Made by a program: the position numbers and the translations under genes
Assembly (NCBI GenBank): GCA_029288895.1
Contig: JARIGK010000002.1
Coordinates: forward strand, 29,545 to 93,544
Reading direction: 5' to 3'
DNA: 64,000 bases
Source of the DNA: Candidatus Adlerbacteria bacterium
GTDB taxonomy: Bacteria > Patescibacteriota > Minisyncoccia > Phycocordibacterales > SBAW01
The notes under the pieces: model-generated
Seen by the model: only the letters and a program-made list of their open reading frames with translations
What the model was told of the DNA's origin: nothing
The model's database searches: none
Shown: positions 36,238 to 45,408 of the stretch, one piece after another
Position numbering within the stretch: the first letter of the stretch is position 1
Layout of the letters: each line of letters starts with the position of its first letter

Positions 36238-36678
36238 CTACTTTTTCTCGACAACGGCGTAGTGGACGGCCTGGCCGTTGAGCATGACGGTATCGAGAAC
36301 TGGCGCCCCAGTGCCAGAACCTTTAAATGACACTTCGAACATACTTTGCGATGTTGTTGCCGTGTTTTCGCACGCGCCCGATGACGTCTCAAGCATTAAC
36401 GTGACATGGACGGGGTTTTCTCCTGTTGTTGTAATACCGCTTGAGCGGACGCCGCACGCAGTGTTGGAAGCGAGTGCGCCTTCGTATGTATGTACGCCTT
36501 GAGAGAGTGAGTGTTGGAGAGTTATTGGAAGTGTAAAGGTTGTCTTGTTTGAAGGTGCGGTATTTTGCGCCGCATCTGTGTGAGGCACAGGCGACGTGTG
36601 CATGTTTTGCAAGAGCCACCACCCACCCACAAGCAGCATGATAAGTACAAGGAGGAGCAGGATCCCGTGGCGCTTCAT
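36238..36678 (-). CDS. Hypothetical secreted/membrane-anchored protein (146 aa).
   Basis: N-terminal signal anchor (MKRHGILLLLVLIMLLVGGWWLL); no family recognised. Confidence 0.45.
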   Translation of the reverse strand: MKRHGILLLLVLIMLLVGGWWLLQNMHTSPVPHTDAAQNTAPSNKTTFTLPITLQHSLSQGVHTYEGALASNTACGVRSSGITTTGENPVHVTLMLETSSGACENTATTSQSMFEVSFKGSGTGAPVLDTVMLNGQAVHYAVVEKK

Positions 36679-36701
36679 ATCTCTAGTATAGGCTGCTTAG
36701 C

Positions 36702-37811
36702 TTATGTAAACGATGACTTGTCAACAATCCCGCCGCCCAAGCATTGGGCAGCTTCGGTATAGAGCACAAGCGACTGCCCAAGTGGCACATAATGAGGCAT
36801 TTTGAGCACCACTTCTGCCCCATCTTTCAAAACCTCTGCGGGTATCAGTGTCTGGTGGTAGCGATACCGGGCCATGCAAGTTGCTGGCAATTCGCCGGTC
36901 CAGTTTGTCTCTACAAGAGATAGTCTGGTGAGAGAAGCCTTCTTAGGGAAACGCTCAGTCGAAACAGTGATCGTGTTTTTTTCAATATCTTTGCCAATAA
37001 CGAAGTGGGGTTTTGTTTCTGGATTTTGCGCAAACAATACAAAACCATGGCGCTGACCCATGGTGTACAACAAAGCGCCGTCGTGTACGCCAACGATATT
37101 CCCCTCCTCATCAACTACATTGCCGGGTTCTGGCTTTAGTTCTTTATGCAGCATGTCATCGAGCGATATATCGCCTAAAAAGCACAACCCTTGGCTGTCG
37201 CGGCGGCGTGAGTTTGGCAGCTCAAATTTCTCAGCCAATGTTCGCACCTCTGTTTTGTGCATATGGCCAATTGGAAAGATAGTCTTTTTCAAGATCTCTT
37301 TTTTAACCATCCACAAAAAGTAGCTTTGATCTTTTGATGCATCGGGTGCGGCAAACAACTCACCATCTTTTACTTGCGCGTAATGGCCGGTTGCAACAAA
37401 GTCGGCACCTTTTTGCAGCGCAAACTCAAAGAATGCACCAAACTTTATTTCGCGGTTGCAGAGCGTGTCGGGGTTAGGAGTTCTCCCCTTTGTAAATTCA
37501 CTAAGTGACTCTTTAAACACACCCTCTTCGTAATTCTTCGACAAATCGAGTTCCAAAAACGGGATTTCTAAATGCGCCGCAACACGCATGGCGTCGAGCT
37601 TATCTACCCCAGCCGAGCATGGGTACCCAGGCAGTGCAATGCGTATAAACACACCCGTAACGTCGTAGCCCTGCTTCTTCAAGAGTGCAGCCGACACAGC
37701 CGAATCGACCCCTCCCGAGAGGCCAACAAAGACTTTTGTATTCTTTTTATTTCCAAACCCAAACATAAATCGAGAGTACCACACCGTTTCAGCAAAAGAA
37801 AAAGATGGCAT
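36702..37811 (-). CDS. mnmA: tRNA-specific 2-thiouridylase MnmA.
   Basis: PP-loop VGLSGGVDS, catalytic Cys motifs, 369 aa. Confidence 0.9.
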   Translation of the reverse strand: MPSFSFAETVWYSRFMFGFGNKKNTKVFVGLSGGVDSAVSAALLKKQGYDVTGVFIRIALPGYPCSAGVDKLDAMRVAAHLEIPFLELDLSKNYEEGVFKESLSEFTKGRTPNPDTLCNREIKFGAFFEFALQKGADFVATGHYAQVKDGELFAAPDASKDQSYFLWMVKKEILKKTIFPIGHMHKTEVRTLAEKFELPNSRRRDSQGLCFLGDISLDDMLHKELKPEPGNVVDEEGNIVGVHDGALLYTMGQRHGFVLFAQNPETKPHFVIGKDIEKNTITVSTERFPKKASLTRLSLVETNWTGELPATCMARYRYHQTLIPAEVLKDGAEVVLKMPHYVPLGQSLVLYTEAAQCLGGGIVDKSSFT

Positions 37812-37820
37812 TAAGCCATC

Positions 37821-38135
37821 TTAGTTGTGAGGCCGAAGCGCTCCCCTCATAACCTGCCGGAAAGTCAGATGGCCATTCCCTCGGCCATAGACACCTTCCT
37901 TCGGGTCATTCAAAAACTTGGCGACCACTCTGCAGAGTTCTTCACCTCCGACAGCGCGGGCGTTCCGAATCATTTGGTCGACATCGTCACGGTCTGCTTT
38001 TATCCTGGTGAGGCCATTCTTCAGTATTTCTTTTTTGAAGAGTGTGGGGCCAAGCTCATTTGTATTGATGCAAACACAAAAGAGCTCGACAAGAAAATCC
38101 ACCGCTTCTTCGGGGATAGCCACAGTATTCGTCAT
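37821..38135 (-). CDS. Hypothetical protein (104 aa).
   Basis: ORF only. It sits in a co-directional gene string with 10-nt spacing to mnmA. Confidence 0.35.
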   Translation of the reverse strand: MTNTVAIPEEAVDFLVELFCVCINTNELGPTLFKKEILKNGLTRIKADRDDVDQMIRNARAVGGEELCRVVAKFLNDPKEGVYGRGNGHLTFRQVMRGALRPHN

Positions 38136-38180
38136 TTCTACCTCCAGAACTTTCTTTGCTAGTCTAGATAAGAAACAATC

Positions 38181-39065
38181 TTAGTGCAAATACTTCTTTT
38201 CGTTTGCGAGCTGTTGCGCGTACGTTTGGCTATAGTGGAAATTCCCTTGTTTGTCAGATATGTAGTAGAGGTACGGCGTTGAGGTCGGGGTTGCGGCGGC
38301 AATGATGGCGTCGAGGCCTGGGTTTGCAATTGGCACTGCTGGGAGGCCAACTGTGGCGTACGTTGCGCGGTCGACATCAACTTGCAGAGGCATGCCCATC
38401 GACAAGCGTTTCCACAAAATGCCAGAAATGATGAGGCGGTTTTGCGTATCAGGTGCTTCTTTTTCTATAAGCGACGCCATCGTGATGATGTTCGCAAACG
38501 ATTGGTTTGATGATGTAATCGCCTGCTGCACTCGGGGCGCTGCAACCTGCGAATTAAAATTGTCGCGCATCGTTTTGACGATGTCGGTCATACTCTCGCC
38601 CGGGTAGAAGAAGTACGTATCCGGAAAGAGATACCCTTCTTGTGGTTTTGCCACATACAAAAATGTTTGCTTGTCGAAGGTTGGAAGCGATTGCGCAAGT
38701 ATGGCTGCTATCTCTTCAGAATCGAGCCCTTCCGGCACTGTAACTTTGACAGGCTCAATATTGAAATTACCTATGCGTAGGCGCCACGCGATAGCAAAGG
38801 CATTGGTTGGCTCGGCAAAATAATATGTGCCTGTCTTTATATGTGTTTGGCCGCCATAGAGGCGCAGCAATACGCGGAACAAAAATTGCGAACGGACGGC
38901 GTGGTCGATGGTAAGTGCCTCTGCAATATCTTGCCCTGTTTCGCCGCTATGCACGGGCAAGAGAAGTTGTTTTGGAAAGTCGCGCGGTGCCGAAAACAGA
39001 ACGACATAGAGCACAAAGCCCAGCACAAGCCCTGCTATGATGCTGGCGCGGATATAAAGACCCAT
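38181..39065 (-). CDS. mltG: Endolytic murein transglycosylase MltG (YceG-like).
   Basis: N-terminal TM, a YceG domain and the C-terminal YYISDKQGNFHYSQTYAQQ. Confidence 0.8.
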   Translation of the reverse strand: MGLYIRASIIAGLVLGFVLYVVLFSAPRDFPKQLLLPVHSGETGQDIAEALTIDHAVRSQFLFRVLLRLYGGQTHIKTGTYYFAEPTNAFAIAWRLRIGNFNIEPVKVTVPEGLDSEEIAAILAQSLPTFDKQTFLYVAKPQEGYLFPDTYFFYPGESMTDIVKTMRDNFNSQVAAPRVQQAITSSNQSFANIITMASLIEKEAPDTQNRLIISGILWKRLSMGMPLQVDVDRATYATVGLPAVPIANPGLDAIIAAATPTSTPYLYYISDKQGNFHYSQTYAQQLANEKKYLH

Positions 39066-39066
39066 A

Positions 39067-40434
39067 CTACTGAGGCAAGGTCGGCAAATTGGTAGGCGCC
39101 TCTGATGTGCGCGACGGCACGCGGTTCAAACCTGGGGTCTTTACGCTCGAGTATGGGAAGTGCCACAGCGTCGCAACCTCTTCTGGGCTCATGATCGATG
39201 GCACTTGGTCGTATGGCACGCCAAAGTATGCGCGGTATTTGTAGTGGAAGAAGAGCAAACGTTTAACGATACGTTCTCGTATACCCATGAAGTCTTCCCA
39301 TGGATAGTCGAATTGCACCATGCCGCGCATAGGCTTACCGCCAAGGCCATTGCCTCGAGATTTAAACACTTGGAATATACGGAAGAGGTATGCGCCCCAA
39401 ATGCCATGAAACTTTTCTTTCTTGGCGATATACAGGATACGTATACCAATTTCAAATGGGTTTTTCGAAAGAGAATTCTCAATTCCTTTTACAATTTCGC
39501 GTTCGCCGTCGGTGAGCGACATCGTTGGCGAACCGCCGTTCGTACCCTCTTCTTTCAGCGCCCCCTGTATACCTTTGCTACGCTTCGCCGCATCAGACAT
39601 TATTTTTTCTATTTGGGCTTTCCCTGCGTCTCTATACCGACTAGTTTTCTCAGGGAAACCATACCATTCAAATTGATTGTGTGGTTTGAGCATCAGCTGG
39701 TACCACAAATACTGGTCTTTACCGACATTATTCATCAACTCAAAAATGTTGGTGAGTGGGTCAGTTTTTGTTTCCGGCACATCAGGGTTTTTGTCGAGTT
39801 CAAAGTCAACATAGGTTCGAATAGGCACGGGGCTAAGCGGGTCACTTTTCATGTACTCAGCACCCCAAATTTCGTACTCGTCCATATTAAAATTTATTTT
39901 AGGCACATAGTCTTCCGCAGCCGTAACTTTTGCTTCTGGGAATTGGCCGTAAATACGCGCCTCAATAGCTGGATGCCACACTTTCAGTGCGTGGATATAG
40001 AAACTAATTTGACCTTCGTTTGAGGCAATTTCAAGCGTCCACACTGCTTTGTAGCCGCCGCGCAGGATACGATCGAGGAATGTTGTTTCGCTGCCCGTCG
40101 TCCAAATAGAGTTAAGGAAAATTTCCATCGCAGCCGGTGATTTGGTTACCTCGGCAGGAAGCTGCACCTCAAGAAGCCCGCGTTCGCGCGAGAACCAAAA
40201 CTTGTAGCGCGCGTAGTGGATCCACGTAATGTAGAGGATCGTAAAAAGGAAAACCGGCAGCCACAGAGGAGAAAAAGCGACCGTCATCGCGAGTGTCGAC
40301 GTAACGGTGTCGGGGTCAACAATAGAGGCAAAAATAACTATCAGAAGGAGCGCCAACGACATAAATATCGGAGGGCTTAATTTCCAATCGGTAAGCCAGT
40401 TACGAACCTCGTGCGCCTCGTGGTATAGAAGCAT
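39067..40434 (-). CDS. Hypothetical polytopic membrane protein (about 455 aa) with a large soluble domain.
   Basis: The start is taken at MLLYHEAHEV..., because the further upstream extension overlaps the divergent gene. TM helices are followed by a hydrophilic domain with no known motifs. Confidence 0.45.
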   Translation of the reverse strand: MLLYHEAHEVRNWLTDWKLSPPIFMSLALLLIVIFASIVDPDTVTSTLAMTVAFSPLWLPVFLFTILYITWIHYARYKFWFSRERGLLEVQLPAEVTKSPAAMEIFLNSIWTTGSETTFLDRILRGGYKAVWTLEIASNEGQISFYIHALKVWHPAIEARIYGQFPEAKVTAAEDYVPKINFNMDEYEIWGAEYMKSDPLSPVPIRTYVDFELDKNPDVPETKTDPLTNIFELMNNVGKDQYLWYQLMLKPHNQFEWYGFPEKTSRYRDAGKAQIEKIMSDAAKRSKGIQGALKEEGTNGGSPTMSLTDGEREIVKGIENSLSKNPFEIGIRILYIAKKEKFHGIWGAYLFRIFQVFKSRGNGLGGKPMRGMVQFDYPWEDFMGIRERIVKRLLFFHYKYRAYFGVPYDQVPSIMSPEEVATLWHFPYSSVKTPGLNRVPSRTSEAPTNLPTLPQ

Positions 40435-40460
40435 GTGGTATAGTATACCGCACGTAACGT

Positions 40461-40856
40461 ATGTACCCCGTGTACTCCACCGACTCCTTATTGTCGTTTT
40501 GGCAATCAATGCTTGCCGCTCCGCTGCATTATGTGGAGATGGTGTTTGCCTTTTTGGCGACACTCGCCTTCCTTCTATATCTGCGCGGATTCCTTGGTAG
40601 CATAGGCAATATTTTCAAGCTGAATGCCCATGAAGAACATTTAGAGCACGCGCAGGTTCGCGCAGTGCACGGCATACTATTTCTTTTGATGCTTTTTGCA
40701 GTATGGGAGATGGTCCGCACCATCGCTATTTGGGTGGGGCTTTTAACCGGCAGCCCCGTACTCGGCCTTTATATTTTCTGCCTTATTCTGCTTGTTTACG
40801 CGTACAGGTTTGTTGCAAAAAATCTCTTCTCCGGTGGTGGCGGAGGCGGCCACTAA
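40461..40856 (+). CDS. Small hypothetical membrane protein (131 aa) with a C-terminal GGGGGGH tail.
   Basis: 3-4 TM helices and a perfect terminator immediately downstream. It is divergent from the 39067..40434 gene. Confidence 0.4.
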   Translation: MYPVYSTDSLLSFWQSMLAAPLHYVEMVFAFLATLAFLLYLRGFLGSIGNIFKLNAHEEHLEHAQVRAVHGILFLLMLFAVWEMVRTIAIWVGLLTGSPVLGLYIFCLILLVYAYRFVAKNLFSGGGGGGH

Positions 40857-40858
40857 GT

Positions 40859-40888
40859 AAAAATCCCCCAATTGGGGGATTTTTTTGG
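40859..40888 (+). terminator. Rho-independent terminator AAATCCCCC-AATT-GGGGGATTT plus TTTTGG (bidirectional-looking).
   Basis: Perfect 9-bp stem with U-tracts on both strands. It separates the plus-strand gene from the convergent sigma-like gene. Confidence 0.6.
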
Positions 40889-40889
40889 T

Positions 40890-41945
40890 TTATTTTACGA
40901 GCGAGAAGCGATTGTCTTTGCCGCGTTTGAAGTATTTCTGGTTCTGGAGGTTTACCACAATGGTGCCTGGTTTGACGTGGCGCTCCTTCATCACCTTCTC
41001 GACGATTTCGTCTTTGGTAAGCGGACCGTTGTCGCGGAGCACTTCGCGGATCACATCGCGCACGACACCCGAGGTGTAGCCCCACTCCTTAAGCGCGTAC
41101 ATACCGCGGCCAACGAGCACGAAGCGGTCGTCTTTGATGAGTTCGTTGTGGGTCGTTGCCACATGCGCTGCGCGGTCGAACATTTTTTCAATAAGTTCTG
41201 CAACTTCGCGGAAGTGCAACGGCGAGCCGTGCTTTTTGACAGCCAAGTATGCGTAGTCACGGACACCCTTTGTCTTAACATTCGGCGATGCCGACGGGCC
41301 CCACTCGCCAAGCGGGTTTTTACCGATATTCTTCGAGATCGCCAACCAGCGTCTCAGAATTTCTTCGTTGCGGTGTTTGTCGTTGATGTTCTGGAGTTCC
41401 TTCAAGAAGCGGTCGATCATCTCGCCTTCCGGGATAAGGTCTTCGTCTGAGAGCCCAGAATAGAGGTTCGAAAGTGCAGACTCAACCTGCTTTGCCAAGT
41501 CTGGGTCAACGTACCAGCAGCGGTTTACTTCGTCATCTTCCTTGCGGAATTTGAATGGGTCGCCAAGTACTAAAAGGAAGTAGATGTGGTTCTGCATCGC
41601 CTTGTCTTTGGTGATGAAGTTCAAAAGGTCGTCTTCGCAGACGATGCCACCCAAGCTGTCGATGATGCGTTCGAGTTCGTTAAATGCCGCGTGTGCGTCC
41701 GCAAATGCAGGCGACTTCTTCAACGCTGCAAGTGCATGATTTTCGATCTGGCGAACGCGTTCGCGGGTAATAGAGTAGCGCTGGCCGATAGCTTCCAAGG
41801 TAACGCGCTCAGGATTTTGGCCCAAACCAAAGCGTTGTTCCAAGACAATGCGAGAACGCTCCGGGAGCGAGGAGAGAAGGCGCTTTACGATCGCCTTTGG
41901 CTTAAAACCTGTTTTGTCTGCTGTTTTCTCGTTTACTGTGGCCAT
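40890..41945 (-). CDS. Sigma-70 region-4-like HTH protein with a C-terminal HARE-HTH-like domain; it is not a complete sigma factor.
   Basis: Residues about 25-80, LPERSRIVLEQRFGL...TLEAIGQRYSITRERVRQIENHALAALK, form a sigma70 region 4.2. The C-terminal HFREVAELIEKMF...DDRFVLVGRGMYALKEWGY matches the HARE-HTH pattern (D.RF..VGRG.Y.L..W). No region 2 or 3 is present. Confidence 0.55.
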   Translation of the reverse strand: MATVNEKTADKTGFKPKAIVKRLLSSLPERSRIVLEQRFGLGQNPERVTLEAIGQRYSITRERVRQIENHALAALKKSPAFADAHAAFNELERIIDSLGGIVCEDDLLNFITKDKAMQNHIYFLLVLGDPFKFRKEDDEVNRCWYVDPDLAKQVESALSNLYSGLSDEDLIPEGEMIDRFLKELQNINDKHRNEEILRRWLAISKNIGKNPLGEWGPSASPNVKTKGVRDYAYLAVKKHGSPLHFREVAELIEKMFDRAAHVATTHNELIKDDRFVLVGRGMYALKEWGYTSGVVRDVIREVLRDNGPLTKDEIVEKVMKERHVKPGTIVVNLQNQKYFKRGKDNRFSLVK

Positions 41946-41997
41946 ATATTCGATGTGTTCTAATATATCACACTCTATCTAATAGGTCAAACCAGCC

Positions 41998-44823
41998 CTA
42001 GACAACGACAAAATTGATGATTTTACCGGGCACATAAATAGCCTTTTGCTCCTTCCCTTCTGCCAAATACTTAGCAACTGCCTCTACAGCACGGGCTGCC
42101 GTTAACGCTTCATCTTCTGTTGCACCCTTGCCAAGCTCTATCGAACCGCGGACTTTACCATTGATCTGTATTGCCACTGTAACGGTGTCGGCGACGAGCT
42201 TCGACTCATCGTACGAAGGCCAGGTAGATGCGTGAATAGAGTCCGTGTGGCCGAGCTTCTCCCATAACTCGTCTGTGATGTGTGGCGCAAACGGTGCCAA
42301 CACTTGCAAAAACATCTCGAGCTGATTCTTGCCAATGCCGCCTTCTTTTTCTGCAGCGTTGAGGAAAATCATCATCTGGCTCACGGCCGTGTTGAATTTG
42401 AATGCTTCAATATCTTCAGTGACTTTTTTGATGGTCTGGTGGAGCACGACATCAAGTGCCGGGATATCATTACCTACCTTTTCTGCCAAGCGCCAGACGC
42501 GTTCCATAAAACGGGCAGTGCCAGCGATAGAAGCGGTGCTCCATGCAACGGTATTTTCGAACGGACCCATAAACATTTCGTAGGTACGGAAGGCGTCTGC
42601 GCCGTAGTTGTTCACTACATCTGTTGGGTTTATGACATTGCCGTAGCGTTTGCTCATCTTGCGGCCGTCTTCTGCCAAGATAAAGCCCAAGAATTCGAGG
42701 CGTGCGAATGGTTCGATGGTAGAAACAGCGCCAATGTCGTACAAGAATTTGTGCCAGAAGCGCGCATAGATTAAGTGGCGTACGGCGTGGTCGCCGCCGA
42801 CGTAAACGTCAACAGGCGCCCAGTACTTTTCTTTCTCTTTCGATACAAGCGCTGCGTTGTTGTCCGGATCCATAAAGCGGAGGTAGTACCACGAAGAACC
42901 TGCCCATTGCGGCATGGTGTTTGTTTCGCGTTTTGCTGGACCGCCACAGGTTGGGCACGTTGTGTTTACCCAGTCGGTAATATTTGCCAACGGCGACTCG
43001 CCCGTGCCCGACGGCTCGTATGACTCAACGTCCGGCAACAGCACAGGTAACTGATCTTCTGGCACCGCAACTGCGCCATCCTTTTCGCAATGAATAATCG
43101 GAATGGGTTCGCCCCAATATCGCTGGCGGCTAAACACCCAGTCTTTAATTTTGTATGTGGTGGTCAACTTCCCCCCAACCTTTTCTGTGATTGCTTTACG
43201 TGCTTCTTCCGACGTCATCCCATCAAACTCCCCGGAATTAACAAGCACGCCATCATCCGCAAATAGCTTTTGGTTCAAATACTGTTCGAATATATGTCTA
43301 TGGTGTGGCCAGGTGATAGTTTCAAGTACTTTATCTTTAGGAACTTTTACAAGTTCATGTTTTCCATCTTCGACTTCTGAATGGACACGAGTATCTGAAT
43401 TTAAAATAACCTCGTAGGCGTATCCAACAGAGCGTTGATTCCTATTTTTTGTGTGTCGATATGCCCACACCGTAGAATTTGGGAGAATTTTCCTCCCAAT
43501 TGTGAAATCGGTAAAGCCTGTTTCTTCCGTAATCTCGCGTGCGAGCGTTTGCTCATCAGTCTCGCCCTCCTCAACGCCACCGCCTGCAAAATGGACATGT
43601 TCCGGACCTTCTTTTACGAGATAAAAGTTATTATCTTTATCCCTCAAAATTGGGTCTACTACTTTGCGATGTACTGTCTCTACACCAGGACGCTCAGCAC
43701 TAATACCATTGAGTTCGAATTTCTCTGATATAACATCGCGGATTTCAATGTTGTATTTCTTGGCAAAGGCACCATCACGTTCGTCGTGGGCAGGGACAGC
43801 CATGATGGCCCCGGTGCCATAGCCGCTCAAGACATAGTCGGCAACGAACATTGGGATTTCTTCGCCGTTTGCCGGATTGATTGCTTTAATGCCCTTTAAT
43901 TCAACACCGGTTTTTTCTTTATCGGCATTCGTGCGCTCTATCTCAGTCTTTGCTGCAGCTGCGGCAACATACTTCTCTACCTCATCTTTATTTTCTATCT
44001 GCGCCGACAACTCTTTTACAAGTTCGTGTTCTGGCGCCAACACCAAAAACGTTGCACCAAACAACGTATCTGCGCGCGTGGTAAATACTCTGACTGTTTT
44101 ATCAGTACCTATGAGTTTGAAATCAATTTCTGAGCCTTCCGAGCGGCCAATCCAGTTGCGCTGGGCAGTTTTAATGTGTTCTGGCCAGCGTAATGTGTCC
44201 AAATCAGTAAGCATGCGGTCGGCATATGCGGTAATTTTGAGCACCCACTGTGGAAGTGCGCGCTTTTCTACAACGCTGCCGCAGCGCTCACACACATTGC
44301 CGTCCAAGTCTTCGTTGGCCAACCCTGTCATGCACGACGGGCACCAGTTAATCGGTTCGTTGCTCTGGTACGCCAACCCTTTCTTAAAAAGCTGCAAGAA
44401 AATCCACTGCGTCCATTTGTAGTACGCAGGGTCGGTGGTATTTATCTCACGCGACCAGTCGTAGTTAAACCCAATGACAGAAAGCTGCTCTTTAAACGTC
44501 GCAATGTTTTTTTCGACTGCAACACGCGGATGTACTTTGTTTTTAAGCGCGAAGTTTTCGGCAGGCAACCCAAACGCATCCCACCCCATTGGGTGCAACA
44601 CGTTGTGGCCCTGCATGCGCTTGGTGCGCGAGTAGATATCAGTGGCAATGTAGCCTTTCGGATGGCCAACATGGAGCCCTTCACCAGACGGGTACGGGAA
44701 CATGTCGAGCACGTAGCTCTTAGGCTTCCCTGAATCTTCCGTAGTTTTATACAAACCAGAATCCGCCCAGCGTTTCTGCCACTTTGCTTCTATCTCTTTG
44801 TGGTCGTATCTCTCCCCTGACAT
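41998..44823 (-). CDS. leuS: Leucyl-tRNA synthetase with an inserted NUDIX-hydrolase-like domain.
   Basis: HVGHPKGY (HIGH), KMSKRYGN (KMSKS) and a CP1 editing domain. A Nudix box GGGVEEGETDEQTLAREITEETGF (Gx5Ex7REx2EExG) lies in an insertion of about 140 aa between the VPAHDERD and LVNSGEF landmarks. Confidence 0.92.
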   Translation of the reverse strand: MSGERYDHKEIEAKWQKRWADSGLYKTTEDSGKPKSYVLDMFPYPSGEGLHVGHPKGYIATDIYSRTKRMQGHNVLHPMGWDAFGLPAENFALKNKVHPRVAVEKNIATFKEQLSVIGFNYDWSREINTTDPAYYKWTQWIFLQLFKKGLAYQSNEPINWCPSCMTGLANEDLDGNVCERCGSVVEKRALPQWVLKITAYADRMLTDLDTLRWPEHIKTAQRNWIGRSEGSEIDFKLIGTDKTVRVFTTRADTLFGATFLVLAPEHELVKELSAQIENKDEVEKYVAAAAAKTEIERTNADKEKTGVELKGIKAINPANGEEIPMFVADYVLSGYGTGAIMAVPAHDERDGAFAKKYNIEIRDVISEKFELNGISAERPGVETVHRKVVDPILRDKDNNFYLVKEGPEHVHFAGGGVEEGETDEQTLAREITEETGFTDFTIGRKILPNSTVWAYRHTKNRNQRSVGYAYEVILNSDTRVHSEVEDGKHELVKVPKDKVLETITWPHHRHIFEQYLNQKLFADDGVLVNSGEFDGMTSEEARKAITEKVGGKLTTTYKIKDWVFSRQRYWGEPIPIIHCEKDGAVAVPEDQLPVLLPDVESYEPSGTGESPLANITDWVNTTCPTCGGPAKRETNTMPQWAGSSWYYLRFMDPDNNAALVSKEKEKYWAPVDVYVGGDHAVRHLIYARFWHKFLYDIGAVSTIEPFARLEFLGFILAEDGRKMSKRYGNVINPTDVVNNYGADAFRTYEMFMGPFENTVAWSTASIAGTARFMERVWRLAEKVGNDIPALDVVLHQTIKKVTEDIEAFKFNTAVSQMMIFLNAAEKEGGIGKNQLEMFLQVLAPFAPHITDELWEKLGHTDSIHASTWPSYDESKLVADTVTVAIQINGKVRGSIELGKGATEDEALTAARAVEAVAKYLAEGKEQKAIYVPGKIINFVVV

Positions 44824-44871
44824 TCACTACAGAATGCCACAGAGTCGTGAGTTTGGGTAGTGCGGCCGATT

Positions 44872-45408
44872 TTATTTGAACCGGCGGGCGCCGAACCAAA
44901 TGAGGGCTGCCAAAGCGACAGCGAGGATGATGACCTGGAGGAGAGTCTGTGCGTGCGACCAGTAGCGAGCCGATGCGACAATCAGCGAGAGTACGCCGCC
45001 CCACGAAAGGCCTGCAGCAACGACTGGAGCTGAGCCAAAGAGGAAGCTTACGCCAAGCGCTGCGACGCCAAGGACGACGAGTGCGATAAAGACATTACGT
45101 GCGTACGTGTCAGTTGCATGCTGGTAGTTGGTATTGCAGGTGTAGTCAGGGTTGCAGTAGCCAGCCGGAGCCGGAGTGCCGTCAGAGAATGATTTAGGGC
45201 CGGCATTCGTATTCCACTGGCCGTCTGCAGCAACGCACGAGGCCTGCGTAGTGTACGTTGGCGGTACCTGCACTTGCGGACAGAACGTGTCGTACTGCGG
45301 TTCTGGGTAGACCAAAAAGATCGAGTAATTGAAAAAGAGATTCAGCACAACGACGATACCGATAATAAATGCTGCGCGAAGCCAGCGTGAGCCGTGTGGG
45401 TTATCCAT
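44872..45408 (-). CDS. Hypothetical membrane protein (178 aa).
   Basis: An N-terminal TM and two C-terminal TM helices flank a Cys/Tyr/Thr-rich extracytoplasmic segment. It overlaps the ychF stop. Confidence 0.45.
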   Translation of the reverse strand: MDNPHGSRWLRAAFIIGIVVVLNLFFNYSIFLVYPEPQYDTFCPQVQVPPTYTTQASCVAADGQWNTNAGPKSFSDGTPAPAGYCNPDYTCNTNYQHATDTYARNVFIALVVLGVAALGVSFLFGSAPVVAAGLSWGGVLSLIVASARYWSHAQTLLQVIILAVALAALIWFGARRFK

